From positions 4,839 through 68,838 of the forward strand of contig CAYOFV010000001.1 in assembly GCA_964403565.1 (NCBI GenBank): a DNA stretch of 64,000 nucleotides, given 5' to 3'. The translations under genes and the position numbers were made by a program. The notes beneath the pieces are model-generated. The model did not search any database. It saw only the letters and a list, made by a program, of their open reading frames with translations, and had not been told where the DNA came from. Positions 10,804 through 21,421 of the stretch are shown here, piece after piece (position 1 is the stretch's first letter; each line of letters begins with the position of its first letter). This DNA comes from an uncultured Piscirickettsiaceae bacterium (GTDB taxonomy: Bacteria; Pseudomonadota; Gammaproteobacteria; PS1; Pseudothioglobaceae).

Positions 10804-11844
10804 ATGCTTAGCCCCGAAGACAGCCTAAAGCTGAATGTACTAATAACAACATCTATTGCCATTCGTATAGACAGATACAAACTTGAAGTTGTTGGTCTAA
10901 CAGAGTCTGGAAAAGAACAAACTATCGCCTTAAGTCCAAGCGGTGATTCTGATAACTATATTAATGAGGTAAAAAAACTCTTAGTTGCTAAAGTTTTAGG
11001 TGCTATGGGTGGCTACCCTTCTTACTTAAAACGCTGGTCACGCATGGGGCAAGTAAGTTCTTCTAATCTACAATCATTACTAAAGCTTGGCGAAATAGAG
11101 GCAGTTGTTGCTGTTGCAAACTCAGAAAAATTAAGCGATGAAATAGTTAGCTTAGCATGGTGGTGCGCTACAAATACAGACGAACAAGCTGAAATTGGCA
11201 GGTTTTTATTATCAAAAGACTTTGTAGTAAAACACCCTGTGGGCAGGCAAATTGCTGAGTATCTACTTGAATTTTTACCATTTACTGATAACACTGAAGT
11301 ATTAATTGATACCACGTATCTAATTTTGCAAGACGGTCTAGTTAGTGATGAAGTAAAAGAGAGAATTTGGCAACAAGGTCAAAGAAAAACTGCATTTTTA
11401 GTTGGGTTTATTGAGCGCTTGCACGGCAATCTACCAAATATTAACAATACAGTTGCTATCCAATCTACCCATAAAGAGTTAGATATAGTTTCAACAGAAC
11501 AGGCACAAATTTTGTTAAAAACCATACTACATATACTTAAGAAAATTAATCAAGAGTATGTTTTGTATCGAACACTTGAGATGCTTGGCAAATATCTTAA
11601 ACACAATCTAATAACAACGACAGAAAGTATTGATAATCTTAACAATGAAGTAGAAAAAGCTTGCGTTACTATTGGTGATAATAATGAAAAAATTAAAGCT
11701 CGATTATTTTTAGCAGGGGTTAGTGAAAAACTAGTGGTTAGTTATATTTCTGCGCACAATTTAACCGGATCTGCTATTCGTAAAAAACTCTCAAATGTGC
11801 TTAATCCAATTCAAGATGCAATCAAGGTGCTAATTACACCTTAG
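10804..11844 (+). CDS. hypothetical soluble protein (possibly DsrS-like, unverified)
   Basis: 346-aa ORF with no TM segment and no catalytic motif. The N-terminus recalls DsrS from memory only. Confidence 0.6.
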   Translation: MLSPEDSLKLNVLITTSIAIRIDRYKLEVVGLTESGKEQTIALSPSGDSDNYINEVKKLLVAKVLGAMGGYPSYLKRWSRMGQVSSSNLQSLLKLGEIEAVVAVANSEKLSDEIVSLAWWCATNTDEQAEIGRFLLSKDFVVKHPVGRQIAEYLLEFLPFTDNTEVLIDTTYLILQDGLVSDEVKERIWQQGQRKTAFLVGFIERLHGNLPNINNTVAIQSTHKELDIVSTEQAQILLKTILHILKKINQEYVLYRTLEMLGKYLKHNLITTTESIDNLNNEVEKACVTIGDNNEKIKARLFLAGVSEKLVVSYISAHNLTGSAIRKKLSNVLNPIQDAIKVLITP

Positions 11845-11921
11845 GCTTTAACTACCCTACAATGGGGCTATTGAAGTCTAATTTATTTAATGAAAAATTA
11901 GAAAAAATTGACAAATTCAAA

Positions 11922-11968
11922 TTTTTGCTTGTAGGCTCTAGCCTCTGAGTTAAAGGCAAAAGCAAAAA
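11922..11968 (-). terminator. hairpin downstream of rsmE
   Basis: tttttgctt ... aagcaaaaa 9-bp outer stem with an inner gcct/aggc stem; followed on the minus strand by TTTGAATTT. Confidence 0.3.
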
Positions 11969-12014
11969 TACAGAAGTTGGTAATTTTAACAATTTTTGGT
12001 AATTTAATTGGGCT

Positions 12015-12731
12015 TCAACAGCCCCACAACAACTGCATATTTGCAAGTGCAGCTAATGATGCAGTCTCTGTTCTAAGTATCCTTTGCCCTAACAACAATG
12101 GCTTACAACCCTTGTCGATAGCTCTTTGTATTTCTAATGCACTTAAACCACCTTCTGGACCGATTATTATTGCAGTTTTATCTATTTTTTCATAACTAAG
12201 TAAGGTCTTATCTGCACGATGGTGCAAAATAAAAGGATTATCTAAATTTAGATCAAGCACTTGGTCAAACGTATGAATATCAAACAATTTTGGCACAACT
12301 GATCTGCCAGATTGTTCACATGCATGCAAAATTATCTTTCTCCAATGCTCCAAGCGTTTTTTCACTTTATCGCCTTTTAATCTAACTACCGCGCGTTCAC
12401 TATCCATAGGGATAATATTGTTAACCCCTAACTCAACAGATTTTTGCAAAATATAGTCCATTTTTTCACCCTTGGCAATACCTTGAACTAAAGTGGTATC
12501 AAGCTTTGATTCAGATGTGTTTTTTGTCTGTGCGATAATTTCAACCTCACAATCTTTTTTTACTCTAACAACTTTAGCAACATAGTCCATCCCATCGCCA
12601 TTAAACAAAACTATATCTCTACCTTCGGCAAAACGCAAAACTTTAAGCAGATGGTGTTTGGCATAATCATCTAATAGTATGGACATACCTGGCGTTAGTT
12701 GTGTGTTTTGATACAGACGATGTAGTTTCAT
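12015..12731 (-). CDS. rsmE: 16S rRNA (uracil1498-N3)-methyltransferase
   Basis: RsmE layout with C-terminal IIGPEGG and LGQRILRTETA. I place the start at the MKLHRLY Met (12731), not the ORF-track Met at 12794 that would overlap pepP. Confidence 0.88.
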   Translation of the reverse strand: MKLHRLYQNTQLTPGMSILLDDYAKHHLLKVLRFAEGRDIVLFNGDGMDYVAKVVRVKKDCEVEIIAQTKNTSESKLDTTLVQGIAKGEKMDYILQKSVELGVNNIIPMDSERAVVRLKGDKVKKRLEHWRKIILHACEQSGRSVVPKLFDIHTFDQVLDLNLDNPFILHHRADKTLLSYEKIDKTAIIIGPEGGLSALEIQRAIDKGCKPLLLGQRILRTETASLAALANMQLLWGC

Positions 12732-12766
12732 GGTATCTTGTTGAACTTTAAGAATTCTTCGCGCTA

Positions 12767-13984
12767 ATGATACATCAAAAACGCAGAACCGCACTACTTG
12801 AACAACTTGACGATGATGCTGTAGTTATCATCTCCACCAATCAAGAACAATTGCGCAATGGCGATGTACACTTCCCTTTTCGTCCAGATTCAAGTTTTTA
12901 CTACCTAACAGGATTTGAAGAGCCTGAATCTATAGCTGTAATCAGCAAAAAAAGTTTTACAATATTTCTAAGAGAAAAAGACAAAAGTCGTGAGGTTTGG
13001 GATGGGGAAAGGCTTGGGGTTGATAGCGCATGTGAAAAACTAGGTGCAGATAACGCTTACTCTATTAAACAAGTTGATAAGTATTTGCCCAAGCTTATAG
13101 AAGAAAAATCCAATATTTATTTTGACTCTAAGTCAACAGATCTAGACAGAAAAATAACAAAAACACTTATCAATATAGATATTAAAAGTGCATCTAAAGC
13201 AATTGGTGAGTTACGATTAATTAAAGACGATAAAGAGATATCTACCATCAAGCAGGCTTGCAAAATCACTGCCAAAGCCCATACATTAGCAATGAAAACA
13301 GCAAAGCCAAATATGCTTGAGTATGAATTACAAAGTGTTTTTGATATGGAGTTCACTAAGGCAAATACGCTACATGCATATATGCCAATTGTTGCAGGTG
13401 GAAAAAACGCATGCACTCTGCACTATATTAAAAATAACAAAAAACTAATAGATGGTGATTTAGTTCTAATCGATGCTGGATGTGAGCTAGATTGTTATGC
13501 AAGCGACATAACCAGAACATTTCCAATAAATGGTAAATTTTCTCAAGCACAAAGAGATGTCTATCAAATAGTGCTTGATGCACAATACAAAGCAATAGAG
13601 TGTATAAGAGCTGGCAATAGAATTAATCAAATGCATGAAGCAGCTTCACAAGCAATTAAACAAGGATTAATGGAACTAGGGATTATCAAATCTGGTCATG
13701 AACTAACCAATCATTATATGCATGGCACTGGTCACTTTTTAGGCATGGATGTACATGATGTTGGAGAATATAAATCTGGCGATGATTACAAAGAATTTGA
13801 AGTTGGTATGATTACTACGGTTGAACCAGGCATTTACATTCGCGAAGATGATAAAATTGATCCGATTTATCATAATATCGGTATCCGTATTGAAGATGAT
13901 GTTTTGGTTACTGATAACGGATGTAAAGTATTAACCGATGCCGTAGTTAAAGAAATTAAAGATATAGAGAGTTTGATGAAATGA
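12767..13984 (+). CDS. pepP: Xaa-Pro aminopeptidase (M24B)
   Basis: DAGCE..YASDITRT, HGTGHFLGMDVHD, VEPGIY, GIRIEDD metal-ligand motifs. Confidence 0.9.
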   Translation: MIHQKRRTALLEQLDDDAVVIISTNQEQLRNGDVHFPFRPDSSFYYLTGFEEPESIAVISKKSFTIFLREKDKSREVWDGERLGVDSACEKLGADNAYSIKQVDKYLPKLIEEKSNIYFDSKSTDLDRKITKTLINIDIKSASKAIGELRLIKDDKEISTIKQACKITAKAHTLAMKTAKPNMLEYELQSVFDMEFTKANTLHAYMPIVAGGKNACTLHYIKNNKKLIDGDLVLIDAGCELDCYASDITRTFPINGKFSQAQRDVYQIVLDAQYKAIECIRAGNRINQMHEAASQAIKQGLMELGIIKSGHELTNHYMHGTGHFLGMDVHDVGEYKSGDDYKEFEVGMITTVEPGIYIREDDKIDPIYHNIGIRIEDDVLVTDNGCKVLTDAVVKEIKDIESLMK

Positions 13985-15000
13985 ATATACAAGAAGCAAT
14001 AAAAGCAGTCATTGCAAAACAAGACTTAACTGAAGCGCAAATGCACGATGTAATGTCAGATATTATGACTGGAAAAACTACAGATGCTCAAATTGGAGCC
14101 TTTTTAGTTGGTCTAGTAATGAAAGGTGAAACTGTTGAAGAGATAACTGCTGCCGCTAAAGTTATGCGCTCTTTAGCAACTGGTGTTAAAGTTAATAAAA
14201 CCAATCATTTGGTTGATACTTGTGGAACTGGTGGTGACGGCCTTGGATTATTTAACATCTCGACTGCTTGTGCATTTGTAGTTGCATCTGCTGGCGGTCA
14301 AGTTGCAAAACACGGTAATCGTTCCATTTCTTCTAAATCTGGCAGTGCTGATGTACTAGAAGCTGCTGGAGTTAATCTTAATATGAGTGCAGAACAAATT
14401 GGCAAATGCGTTGATAAAATTGGTGTTGGCTTTATGTTTGCGCCAGCTCATCACAGTGCTATGAAGCATGCAATAGGCCCTAGAAAAGAATTAGCAGTTA
14501 GAACAATCTTTAATGTATTAGGCCCACTAACTAATCCTGCAGGAGCTCCATACCAAGTTATGGGAGTATATGATAAAAACTTAGTTGAGCCAATTGCCAA
14601 AGTATTAAAAGGCCTAGGGTCTAAACACGTACTAGTAGTTCATTCTGCTGACGGACTTGACGAAATATCAATTGCCGATGACACCTTTGTTGCCGAGCTT
14701 AAAGACGGCGAAGTTAAAACTTACACAATTAATCCAGCTGATTACGGATTACCACTTGGCAACCTTGATGAAATTAAAGCCGAAGGTGCTGAAGACTCAC
14801 TTAAACTTATTCAGCAAGCACTAGATGGAAAAGAAGGAAGTGCTAAAAATATTATTGCAATAAATGCTGGTGCTGCAATTTATGCGGCTGATATTGTTGA
14901 TAGCATGCAAGCTGGTGTTGATAAGGCACTTAAAATTTTAAATAGCGGCAGCGCTCATCAAAAACTTGATGATTTTGTTCGCGAATCAACTGGTTGCTAA
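13981..15000 (+). CDS. trpD: anthranilate phosphoribosyltransferase
   Basis: CGTGGDG motif, KHGNRS, 339 aa; ATGA overlap with pepP. Confidence 0.93.
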   Translation: MNIQEAIKAVIAKQDLTEAQMHDVMSDIMTGKTTDAQIGAFLVGLVMKGETVEEITAAAKVMRSLATGVKVNKTNHLVDTCGTGGDGLGLFNISTACAFVVASAGGQVAKHGNRSISSKSGSADVLEAAGVNLNMSAEQIGKCVDKIGVGFMFAPAHHSAMKHAIGPRKELAVRTIFNVLGPLTNPAGAPYQVMGVYDKNLVEPIAKVLKGLGSKHVLVVHSADGLDEISIADDTFVAELKDGEVKTYTINPADYGLPLGNLDEIKAEGAEDSLKLIQQALDGKEGSAKNIIAINAGAAIYAADIVDSMQAGVDKALKILNSGSAHQKLDDFVRESTGC

Positions 15001-15542
15001 TGGACAAAGATACAAATTTAATCTGGATAGATCTAGAGATGACTGGGCTAATCCCAGAAAAAGATGTAATTATTGAAATTGCAACCATTGTTACCGATAA
15101 AGATTTAAATATTCTTGCAGAGGGCCCTGCTCTTGCTATCCATCAATCAAGCAGTGTACTAGCTGGAATGGATGAATGGAATACAGAACACCACACTAAT
15201 TCTGGATTGGTAAAACGAGTAAAAGATAGTGACATATCAACCAAAAAGGCGGAAAGTTCAACTATTGAATTTTTAGAAAAATATGTAAACCCTGGCATGT
15301 CTCCAATGTGTGGCAATACTATTTGCCAAGATAGAAGATTCCTATACAACTACATGCCAGAGTTAGAAAAGTTTTTCCACTATCGTCATATTGATGTATC
15401 AACTATTAAAGAGTTGCTTGTACGTTGGAAACCTGAGCTTAAAATGGAACGTACTGGCGAGCCACAACATCTAGCTCTTGCTGATATTCGTGATTCTATT
15501 AACGAATTAAAATACTATCAAAAAGTATTTATTAATGTCTAA
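15000..15542 (+). CDS. orn: oligoribonuclease
   Basis: DEDDh exonuclease motifs [11 protein letters not shown] and HLALADI. Start placed at the TAATG overlap with trpD; the ORF track begins at 14994. Confidence 0.92.
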   Translation: MDKDTNLIWIDLEMTGLIPEKDVIIEIATIVTDKDLNILAEGPALAIHQSSSVLAGMDEWNTEHHTNSGLVKRVKDSDISTKKAESSTIEFLEKYVNPGMSPMCGNTICQDRRFLYNYMPELEKFFHYRHIDVSTIKELLVRWKPELKMERTGEPQHLALADIRDSINELKYYQKVFINV

Positions 15543-16401
15543 ATACCCAGATATTTGGCTCTCGCCAGCCAAAATCAACTTATTTCTACACATAATATCC
15601 AAGCGTGAAGATGGTTATCATAATCTGCAAAGTATATTCCAACTACTTGATTTTTATGATGAAATCACTTTTGATGTAAGAAGTGATGGCGTTATTAAGC
15701 GCACAGGTGGCAATAAAGAAATCCCAGAAAATCAAGACCTGTTAATTAAAAGTGCAAAAGCTATCAAAGCAATTACCAATTGCAATCTTGGGGCAGATAT
15801 ATCAATTAATAAAAATATCCCAACAGGTGGGGGGCTTGGTGGTGGTTCATCTAATGCAGCAACTGTTCTAATTGCGCTAAATAATCTTTGGAATCTTAAC
15901 TTATCACAACAAGATCTGATGAATATAGGTGTAAAACTTGGTGCAGATGTGCCATTTTTTATTTTTGCACAAAGCGCTTGGGTCGAAGGGATTGGAGAAA
16001 AATTAAGCTCTATTAACCCGCCAGAAACGCCAATATTGGTAATTTATATCAACAAACATACATCAACTAAAGAAATTTTCTCGCATAAGGCATTGACAAT
16101 GAGTCCAATGATAGGGAAAATATGCGACTTCTCTGAACTTGCTAATACTCACAATGATTGTGAACAAGCAGCGATAGAAAATATAAGTGAAATTGGCGAT
16201 GCTTTGTCATATCTAAATTCATGCTCTAATCGCACTACAAAAGCAAGAATGAGTGGTACTGGAAGTTGTGTTTTTGCACAATTTAAAACAGAACAAGACG
16301 CACTGGTAGCGTTTAATAATATGCCAGAAAACTGGTTAGGCATTAATACTAAAACAATTAACACCTCTCCAATCCATAATTGGGCTGTCGCCAAGCGGTA
16401 A
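15535..16401 (+). CDS. ispE: 4-diphosphocytidyl-2-C-methyl-D-erythritol kinase
   Basis: [11 protein letters not shown]-terminus and GHMP-kinase loop [14 protein letters not shown]. The last 21 nt, including the stop, lie inside tRNA-Gln. Confidence 0.92.
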   Translation: MSKYPDIWLSPAKINLFLHIISKREDGYHNLQSIFQLLDFYDEITFDVRSDGVIKRTGGNKEIPENQDLLIKSAKAIKAITNCNLGADISINKNIPTGGGLGGGSSNAATVLIALNNLWNLNLSQQDLMNIGVKLGADVPFFIFAQSAWVEGIGEKLSSINPPETPILVIYINKHTSTKEIFSHKALTMSPMIGKICDFSELANTHNDCEQAAIENISEIGDALSYLNSCSNRTTKARMSGTGSCVFAQFKTEQDALVAFNNMPENWLGINTKTINTSPIHNWAVAKR

Positions 16402-16455
16402 GGCAACGGGTTTTGATCCCGTCATGCGCAGGTTCAAATCCTGCCAGCCCAGCCA
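16381..16455 (+). tRNA. tRNA-Gln (anticodon UUG)
   Basis: Hand-folded cloverleaf: acceptor tgggctg/cagccca, anticodon stem acggg/cccgt with loop ttTTGat, T arm gcagg-ttcaaat-cctgc, encoded CCA. Close to E. coli tRNA-Gln. Confidence 0.9.
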
Positions 16456-16695
16456 TTTTCTGCTTCGTCTTTTTTCCTTGAACGGCGTCGAATCCTAAAA
16501 ATTTTTCAATCACATAGCAATATCTATGCTCAATCAAATTTTTGAACATTCTCCTTGTTCAGAAAAAAAATACTTGCATAAAACACTAGTAAAACTAACC
16601 ATCATTAATTATTTTCTGTTAAGGATAAAAACCCTAAAAAGATTGTTTTTATTGGGCGTATAATTTAGAGAAATTTTTACCAATATTTAGCAAAT

Positions 16696-17655
16696 ATGTC
16701 ACTCGACAAAATTAAAATCTTTAGCGGTAACGCTAATCCTGAACTTTCTGGTGAAATCATATCTACTCTAAACGTAGCACAAGGCAAGGCTCTTGTTAGT
16801 AGATTTAGTGATGGCGAGGCTCAAGTTGAAATATTAGAAAATGTACGTGGTTGTGATGTATTTATTATCCAGCCTACATGTGGACCATCTCCAGCAGAAA
16901 CATTAATGGAATTACTAGTGATAGTTGATGCACTGAAGCGTTCTTCTGCAGCTCGTATTACTGCGGTTGTTCCTTACTTTGGTTATTCAAGACAAGATAG
17001 ACGTTCACGCCTAACACGTGTACCAATCACTGCAAAACTTGCAGCTAAAATGGTTGAATCCGCAGGGGTGGATAGAATTCTAACTGTAGATCTTCATGCT
17101 GACCAAATTCAAGGATTTTTTAATATCCCTATTGATAATATCTACGCACAACCTGTATTAGTTAACGATATCCTTTCTAAAGGTTATGACGACTTAGTTG
17201 TTGTATCGCCTGATGTTGGTGGTGTAGTACGCGCACGTGCTGCTGCTAAAAGACTAAACGATGCTGATCTTGCAATTATTGATAAACGTCGTCCAGCGCC
17301 AAATATGGTTAAGGTAATGAATGTTATTGGTGATGTAGAAGGTAGAACTTGTGTACTAATCGATGACATGGTTGATACTGCAGGTACACTTTGCCAAGCA
17401 GCTGGAATTCTTAAAGAAAAAGGTGCAAAACGCGTAGTTGCATACGCTACTCACGCTGTACTTTCTGGCAATGCAATTCAAAATATTAGTAACTCTGTAA
17501 TAGACGAGCTAGTTACTACCAACACTATACCGCTTACTGGTGATGCTGTTAAGTGTAATAAGATTCGTCAATTATCAATAGCTCCTACTATGGCTGATGT
17601 AATAAAACGCATTAGTGAAGAGCAATCTGTTAGTACCATATTTACTGATGCATAA
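16696..17655 (+). CDS. prs: ribose-phosphate pyrophosphokinase
   Basis: [11 protein letters not shown] and PRPP-binding loop [12 protein letters not shown]. Confidence 0.95.
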   Translation: MSLDKIKIFSGNANPELSGEIISTLNVAQGKALVSRFSDGEAQVEILENVRGCDVFIIQPTCGPSPAETLMELLVIVDALKRSSAARITAVVPYFGYSRQDRRSRLTRVPITAKLAAKMVESAGVDRILTVDLHADQIQGFFNIPIDNIYAQPVLVNDILSKGYDDLVVVSPDVGGVVRARAAAKRLNDADLAIIDKRRPAPNMVKVMNVIGDVEGRTCVLIDDMVDTAGTLCQAAGILKEKGAKRVVAYATHAVLSGNAIQNISNSVIDELVTTNTIPLTGDAVKCNKIRQLSIAPTMADVIKRISEEQSVSTIFTDA

Positions 17656-17741
17656 AGCCGCTTCAAGGCTATGATTTTTAGTCAAAAAATTTGGGTATAA
17701 TCCGTTCTTTGGATTTTTAAATTCACACTTTTTAAATACTT

Positions 17742-19553
17742 ATGAAGTCAACAACTAAAGCGCACAAACAAGCACTACAAAAATTAATTATGGTTGGTAA
17801 GGAAAAGGGCTACCTTACTTATGCAGAACTTAATGATTTACTACCTGAAGACCTACTTACTGAAGAGCAGATAGAGCCAATTGTAAGTATTCTTGAAGAG
17901 CTTGATATTAAAGTATCAGACACTGTTCCTGATGCTGATACACTTGTGGTTGAAACTGGTGCCAAAGCACAATCTACTTCAGCTGAAGCAGCTATTGCTG
18001 CACTAGCTGCACTTGACTCAGAATTTGGTAGAACAACAGATCCAGTACGTATGTATATGCGTGAAATGGGTGTAGTTGAGCTACTTGAACATGAAGACGA
18101 AATTCGTATTGCTAAAGAAATTGAAGCTGGCGTATATGAAATTATGCAAGCAATTACTCTATACCCTGCAATTACAGACCACTTCTTTAAAGCGCACAAA
18201 CGTCTTGAAGAAGGTAAATGTAAGATGACTGACGTAATCATTGGTTATCAAGGTGATGCCGAAGACTTTGCAGCAAAGAAAGCAGCGTTTGATGCTGGTG
18301 AATTTGACGATGATGAAGAGTACGAAGAAATGGAAGAAATGGAGTATACGGGCCCTGATGAGATGCAAGTATACGAAAGATTCGAAACCGTACTTCATTG
18401 CTCAGAGATGTATAGCGAAATTAAAGAAAAACACGGTTTTAGGGACAAAAGAACTGTTGAAGCACGTGAAAAACTTTCACAAGGACTATCTGATTTAAGA
18501 CTAGCTCCAAAACTTGTAAACACAATGATGGAAGTTATTTGCGATCGTGTTGACAAAGTTAAGAAACAAGAAAAAACTATTCAAGCAGAATGTCTACATG
18601 CTGGAATGTCTCGTGAGACTTTCTTTGAGCTTTTCCCTGAAAATGAAACTAACTTTGACTGGATTAAAAATGCAAAGCTTGATGATAAAGTTAAGGCTAA
18701 TTTAGAAAAAGCAAAAAATGAAATTTACTATGCTCAGAAAAACCTGCATGACTATGAAGAAGATATGCAGCTTACTATTTCTGAATTAAAAGCACTTAAT
18801 AAATTGTATCGTCGTGGCGATCGTCGTGCAAAGAAAGCTAAATCACAAATGATTGAAGCCAACCTACGTCTGGTTATCTCAATTGCGAAAAAATATGCTA
18901 ACCGTGGCTTACAATTCTTAGATCTAATCCAAGAAGGTAATGTTGGTCTAATGAAAGCAGTTGATAAATTTGAATACCGTCGTGGTTATAAGTTCTCAAC
19001 TTATGCAACATGGTGGATTCGTCAAGCAATTACCCGTTCGATTGCTGACCAAGCTAGAACAATTCGTATTCCAGTACACATGATTGAAACTATTAACAAG
19101 CTTAATCGTGTACGCCGTCAACTACTACAAAAATTCGGTCGTGAAGCAACACCTGAAGAATTAGCAGTAGAGATGGAACTGCCTGAATACAAAATTGTTA
19201 AAATTTTAAAAATTGCTAAAGAACCTTTGTCAATAGAGACTCCAGTTGGTGATGATGAAGATTCAAACATTGGTGATTTTATTGAAGACACTAACATTTC
19301 TTCTCCGGTTGAAACTACAACTAAAGAAAGCCTAAGAGAAACAACATCTGACCTACTTGCTAACCTTTCTCCGCGTGAGGCAAAAGTATTAAAGATGCGC
19401 TTTGGTATTGATATGAATACTGATCACACTCTTGAGGAAGTTGGTCGTCAATTTGATGTAACACGTGAGCGCATTCGTCAAATCGAAGCCAAAGCTCTAA
19501 GAAAACTTAGACACCCTTCACGTGCACACAAGCTTTCAAGCTTTTTAGAGTAA
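17742..19553 (+). CDS. rpoD: RNA polymerase sigma-70
   Basis: Acidic non-conserved region, region 2 [17 protein letters not shown], region 4.2 [31 protein letters not shown]. Confidence 0.97.
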   Translation: MKSTTKAHKQALQKLIMVGKEKGYLTYAELNDLLPEDLLTEEQIEPIVSILEELDIKVSDTVPDADTLVVETGAKAQSTSAEAAIAALAALDSEFGRTTDPVRMYMREMGVVELLEHEDEIRIAKEIEAGVYEIMQAITLYPAITDHFFKAHKRLEEGKCKMTDVIIGYQGDAEDFAAKKAAFDAGEFDDDEEYEEMEEMEYTGPDEMQVYERFETVLHCSEMYSEIKEKHGFRDKRTVEAREKLSQGLSDLRLAPKLVNTMMEVICDRVDKVKKQEKTIQAECLHAGMSRETFFELFPENETNFDWIKNAKLDDKVKANLEKAKNEIYYAQKNLHDYEEDMQLTISELKALNKLYRRGDRRAKKAKSQMIEANLRLVISIAKKYANRGLQFLDLIQEGNVGLMKAVDKFEYRRGYKFSTYATWWIRQAITRSIADQARTIRIPVHMIETINKLNRVRRQLLQKFGREATPEELAVEMELPEYKIVKILKIAKEPLSIETPVGDDEDSNIGDFIEDTNISSPVETTTKESLRETTSDLLANLSPREAKVLKMRFGIDMNTDHTLEEVGRQFDVTRERIRQIEAKALRKLRHPSRAHKLSSFLE

Positions 19554-19566
19554 TTACTTTTTTTTC

Positions 19567-19643
19567 GGGCCTATAGCTCAGCTGGTTAGAGCAGTCGACT
19601 CATAATCGATTGGTCCTTGGTTCAAGTCCAAGTAGGCCCACCA
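19567..19643 (+). tRNA. ileX: tRNA-Ile2 (CAU anticodon, lysidine-modified type)
   Basis: Cloverleaf: acceptor gggccta/taggccc, anticodon loop ctCATaa. The variable region tggtc and T arm cttgg-ttcaagt-ccaag are near-identical in layout to E. coli ileX, which also follows rpoD. An elongator tRNA-Met cannot be fully excluded. Confidence 0.8.
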
Positions 19644-19648
19644 AATTA

Positions 19649-19775
19649 AAATTACTTCGTCTTTTTATCTTTCTAGGTTGTTGTACTTGTCTTTCGTTCA
19701 GTCATATAGTTGCACCTATACTCCTTCTCTCATTCCTGCGTACGCCTACTAGAAAGATAAAAATACTTGTAATTT
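19649..19775. repeat. long inverted repeat / hairpin element abutting the tRNA-Ile2 3' end
   Basis: Perfect 15-bp arms tttttatctttctag (19662..19676) and ctagaaagataaaaa (19749..19763), plus outer 7-bp arms aaattac/gtaattt; 72-nt interior. Confidence 0.7.
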
Positions 19776-19855
19776 ATACACCAATGTATTTCTAACGAAA
19801 AAAATCCTTAAATACCGTGTGGGACAAATACACAAAAAAAGGTATGATAGTTTCT

Positions 19856-20617
19856 ATGTTTGATGCTATTACTCAACAATTGATCAAACTTACCACAGAG
19901 GTAGGTGAAGTTATTATGAGCTATTACGATAGCGCTGTTGATATTGAAACTAAGGCTGACAATACCCCACTTACCATTGCAGATCAAAGTGCGCACAAAC
20001 TTATAGTTGAAGGCTTAAATAAAATTACTCCTGGTGTGCCTATACTTACAGAGGAAAGTGAGGGAATAAGCTATGAACAACGCTCAAATTGGGGCGAATA
20101 CTGGCTAATTGATCCACTTGATGGGACTCGAGATTTTTTAGATAAAACTGGTGAGTTTTGCATCTGCATTGCTTATATAAAGAACCATAAGGCAATATAT
20201 GGCATGGTACATGCTCCAGTTGAAAAAACTCACTACTACACTACAGATAATAACGAAACCTTCAGGCTTAACGGCACAGAGATAACTCAGCTAAATACCA
20301 AAGATAATCATGCTCCACTTGAAATTGTTGTTGGTCATCATTCAATTAACAATACAAACCTTAAAAAGCACTTGGGTTTGCTTGACAAGCACAATGTCTC
20401 TAAACTTGGCAGTGCGCTAAAATTCTGTAGAATTGCTGAGGGGATGTATGACTACTACCCAAGATTTGGACCTTGCTCTGAATGGGATACTGCTGCAGGG
20501 TTATGCATTTTAAAATGTGCAGGTGGATCGGTTGTGGATGATAACGGCAAAGAGCTTAGATATAACACCAAAGACGATCTTACCTCGCCAGTATTTTTTG
20601 CCTCAAATAAAGCGTAG
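19856..20617 (+). CDS. cysQ: 3'(2'),5'-bisphosphate nucleotidase
   Basis: Inositol-monophosphatase family motifs WLIDPLDGT and EWDTAAG. The ORF is open from 19817; I prefer the Met at 19856 (MFDAITQQ). Confidence 0.85.
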   Translation: MFDAITQQLIKLTTEVGEVIMSYYDSAVDIETKADNTPLTIADQSAHKLIVEGLNKITPGVPILTEESEGISYEQRSNWGEYWLIDPLDGTRDFLDKTGEFCICIAYIKNHKAIYGMVHAPVEKTHYYTTDNNETFRLNGTEITQLNTKDNHAPLEIVVGHHSINNTNLKKHLGLLDKHNVSKLGSALKFCRIAEGMYDYYPRFGPCSEWDTAAGLCILKCAGGSVVDDNGKELRYNTKDDLTSPVFFASNKA

Positions 20618-21421
20618 AGAAAAATCTATTGCCTGAACATTCTTAGTAATACTGCCAGTTGAAATATAATCAACTCCAGTTTCAGCAAACTCAGCGATAT
20701 TGTTCTCGTCTATATTGCCACTAGCCTCAAGTGGATAAATATCTTTTGCTATTACTACAGCGTCTGATAATTCTGCAACTGTAAAGTTATCACACAATAT
20801 TCTAGTTACCCCTTGTATTGCTAAAACCTCTTTTAATTGGTCAATATCTTCAACCTCAACAATAATATCAAGCTTTGGATATTTCTGCTTTGCGCTATTA
20901 ATAGCAGAAGCTATCGAGCCACTAGCAATAATATGATTTTCTTTTAGCATCACTGCGTCATACAAACCAATTCTATGATTAACTCCACCACCGCACTTTA
21001 CTGCATATTTTTGTGCTTGCCTTAGATTTGGAATTGTCTTTCTTGTGTCTAATAATTTAGTAGATGTATGCGCTATTTTTTTAACCAAAAAATCAGTTTG
21101 AGTTGCTGTAGAACTAAGAGTTTGCAAGAAATTTAATGCCACTCTTTCAGCAGTTATTATTGATTTCGAATCTCCAGTAATGGAGCAAATAATTTGATCT
21201 TTAACAATCTTATCGCCATCATGCGCCTTCCAATCAATACTAATTGTTGAGTCCAATTGCAAAAAGGCTGAGTTAGCATACTGAGCACCACATAAAACAG
21301 CATTTTCTCTAGATATTATATTAGCTGAGGTTTGTTTGCTATCCAGCAAGCTGGCTGAGGCGTCTCCCGAGCCAATATCTTCATCTAAGGCTAGCTTAAC
21401 AATTTTATTTATATTATTCAT
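20603..21421 (-). CDS. nadC: nicotinate-nucleotide pyrophosphorylase (quinolinate phosphoribosyltransferase)
   Basis: 272 aa; LDTRKT, YAVKCGGGVNHR, MLKENH motifs of QPRTase. Confidence 0.9.
   Translation of the reverse strand: MNNINKIVKLALDEDIGSGDASASLLDSKQTSANIISRENAVLCGAQYANSAFLQLDSTISIDWKAHDGDKIVKDQIICSITGDSKSIITAERVALNFLQTLSSTATQTDFLVKKIAHTSTKLLDTRKTIPNLRQAQKYAVKCGGGVNHRIGLYDAVMLKENHIIASGSIASAINSAKQKYPKLDIIVEVEDIDQLKEVLAIQGVTRILCDNFTVAELSDAVVIAKDIYPLEASGNIDENNIAEFAETGVDYISTGSITKNVQAIDFSLRFI

Noticed and set aside
12732-12794. N-terminal extension of rsmE (track start at 12794) overlapping pepP
   Set aside because: The internal Met at 12731 gives the conserved RsmE N-terminus (MKLHRLY..) and removes a 28-nt divergent overlap with pepP.
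16484-16495. ggcgtcgaatcc, resembling a tRNA T-arm/T-loop, downstream of tRNA-Gln
   Set aside because: No complementary T-stem, acceptor or anticodon arm can be drawn around it. It is not a tRNA or a recognisable tRNA fragment.
16358-16549. 63-aa ORF antisense to tRNA-Gln
   Set aside because: It covers the complement of a well-folded tRNA and the ispE 3' end. It has no independent support.
17819-18241. 140-aa antisense ORF within rpoD
   Set aside because: It is a Ser-rich mirror image of the acidic (GAA/GAT-rich) rpoD spacer region, with no RBS or motif. It is a typical antisense artefact. The same applies to 18159..18398 and 18241..18498.
19610-19795. 61-aa ORF overlapping tRNA-Ile2 and the hairpin element
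   Set aside because: It starts inside the tRNA gene and reads through the inverted repeat. Its composition is driven by the pyrimidine-rich repeat interior.
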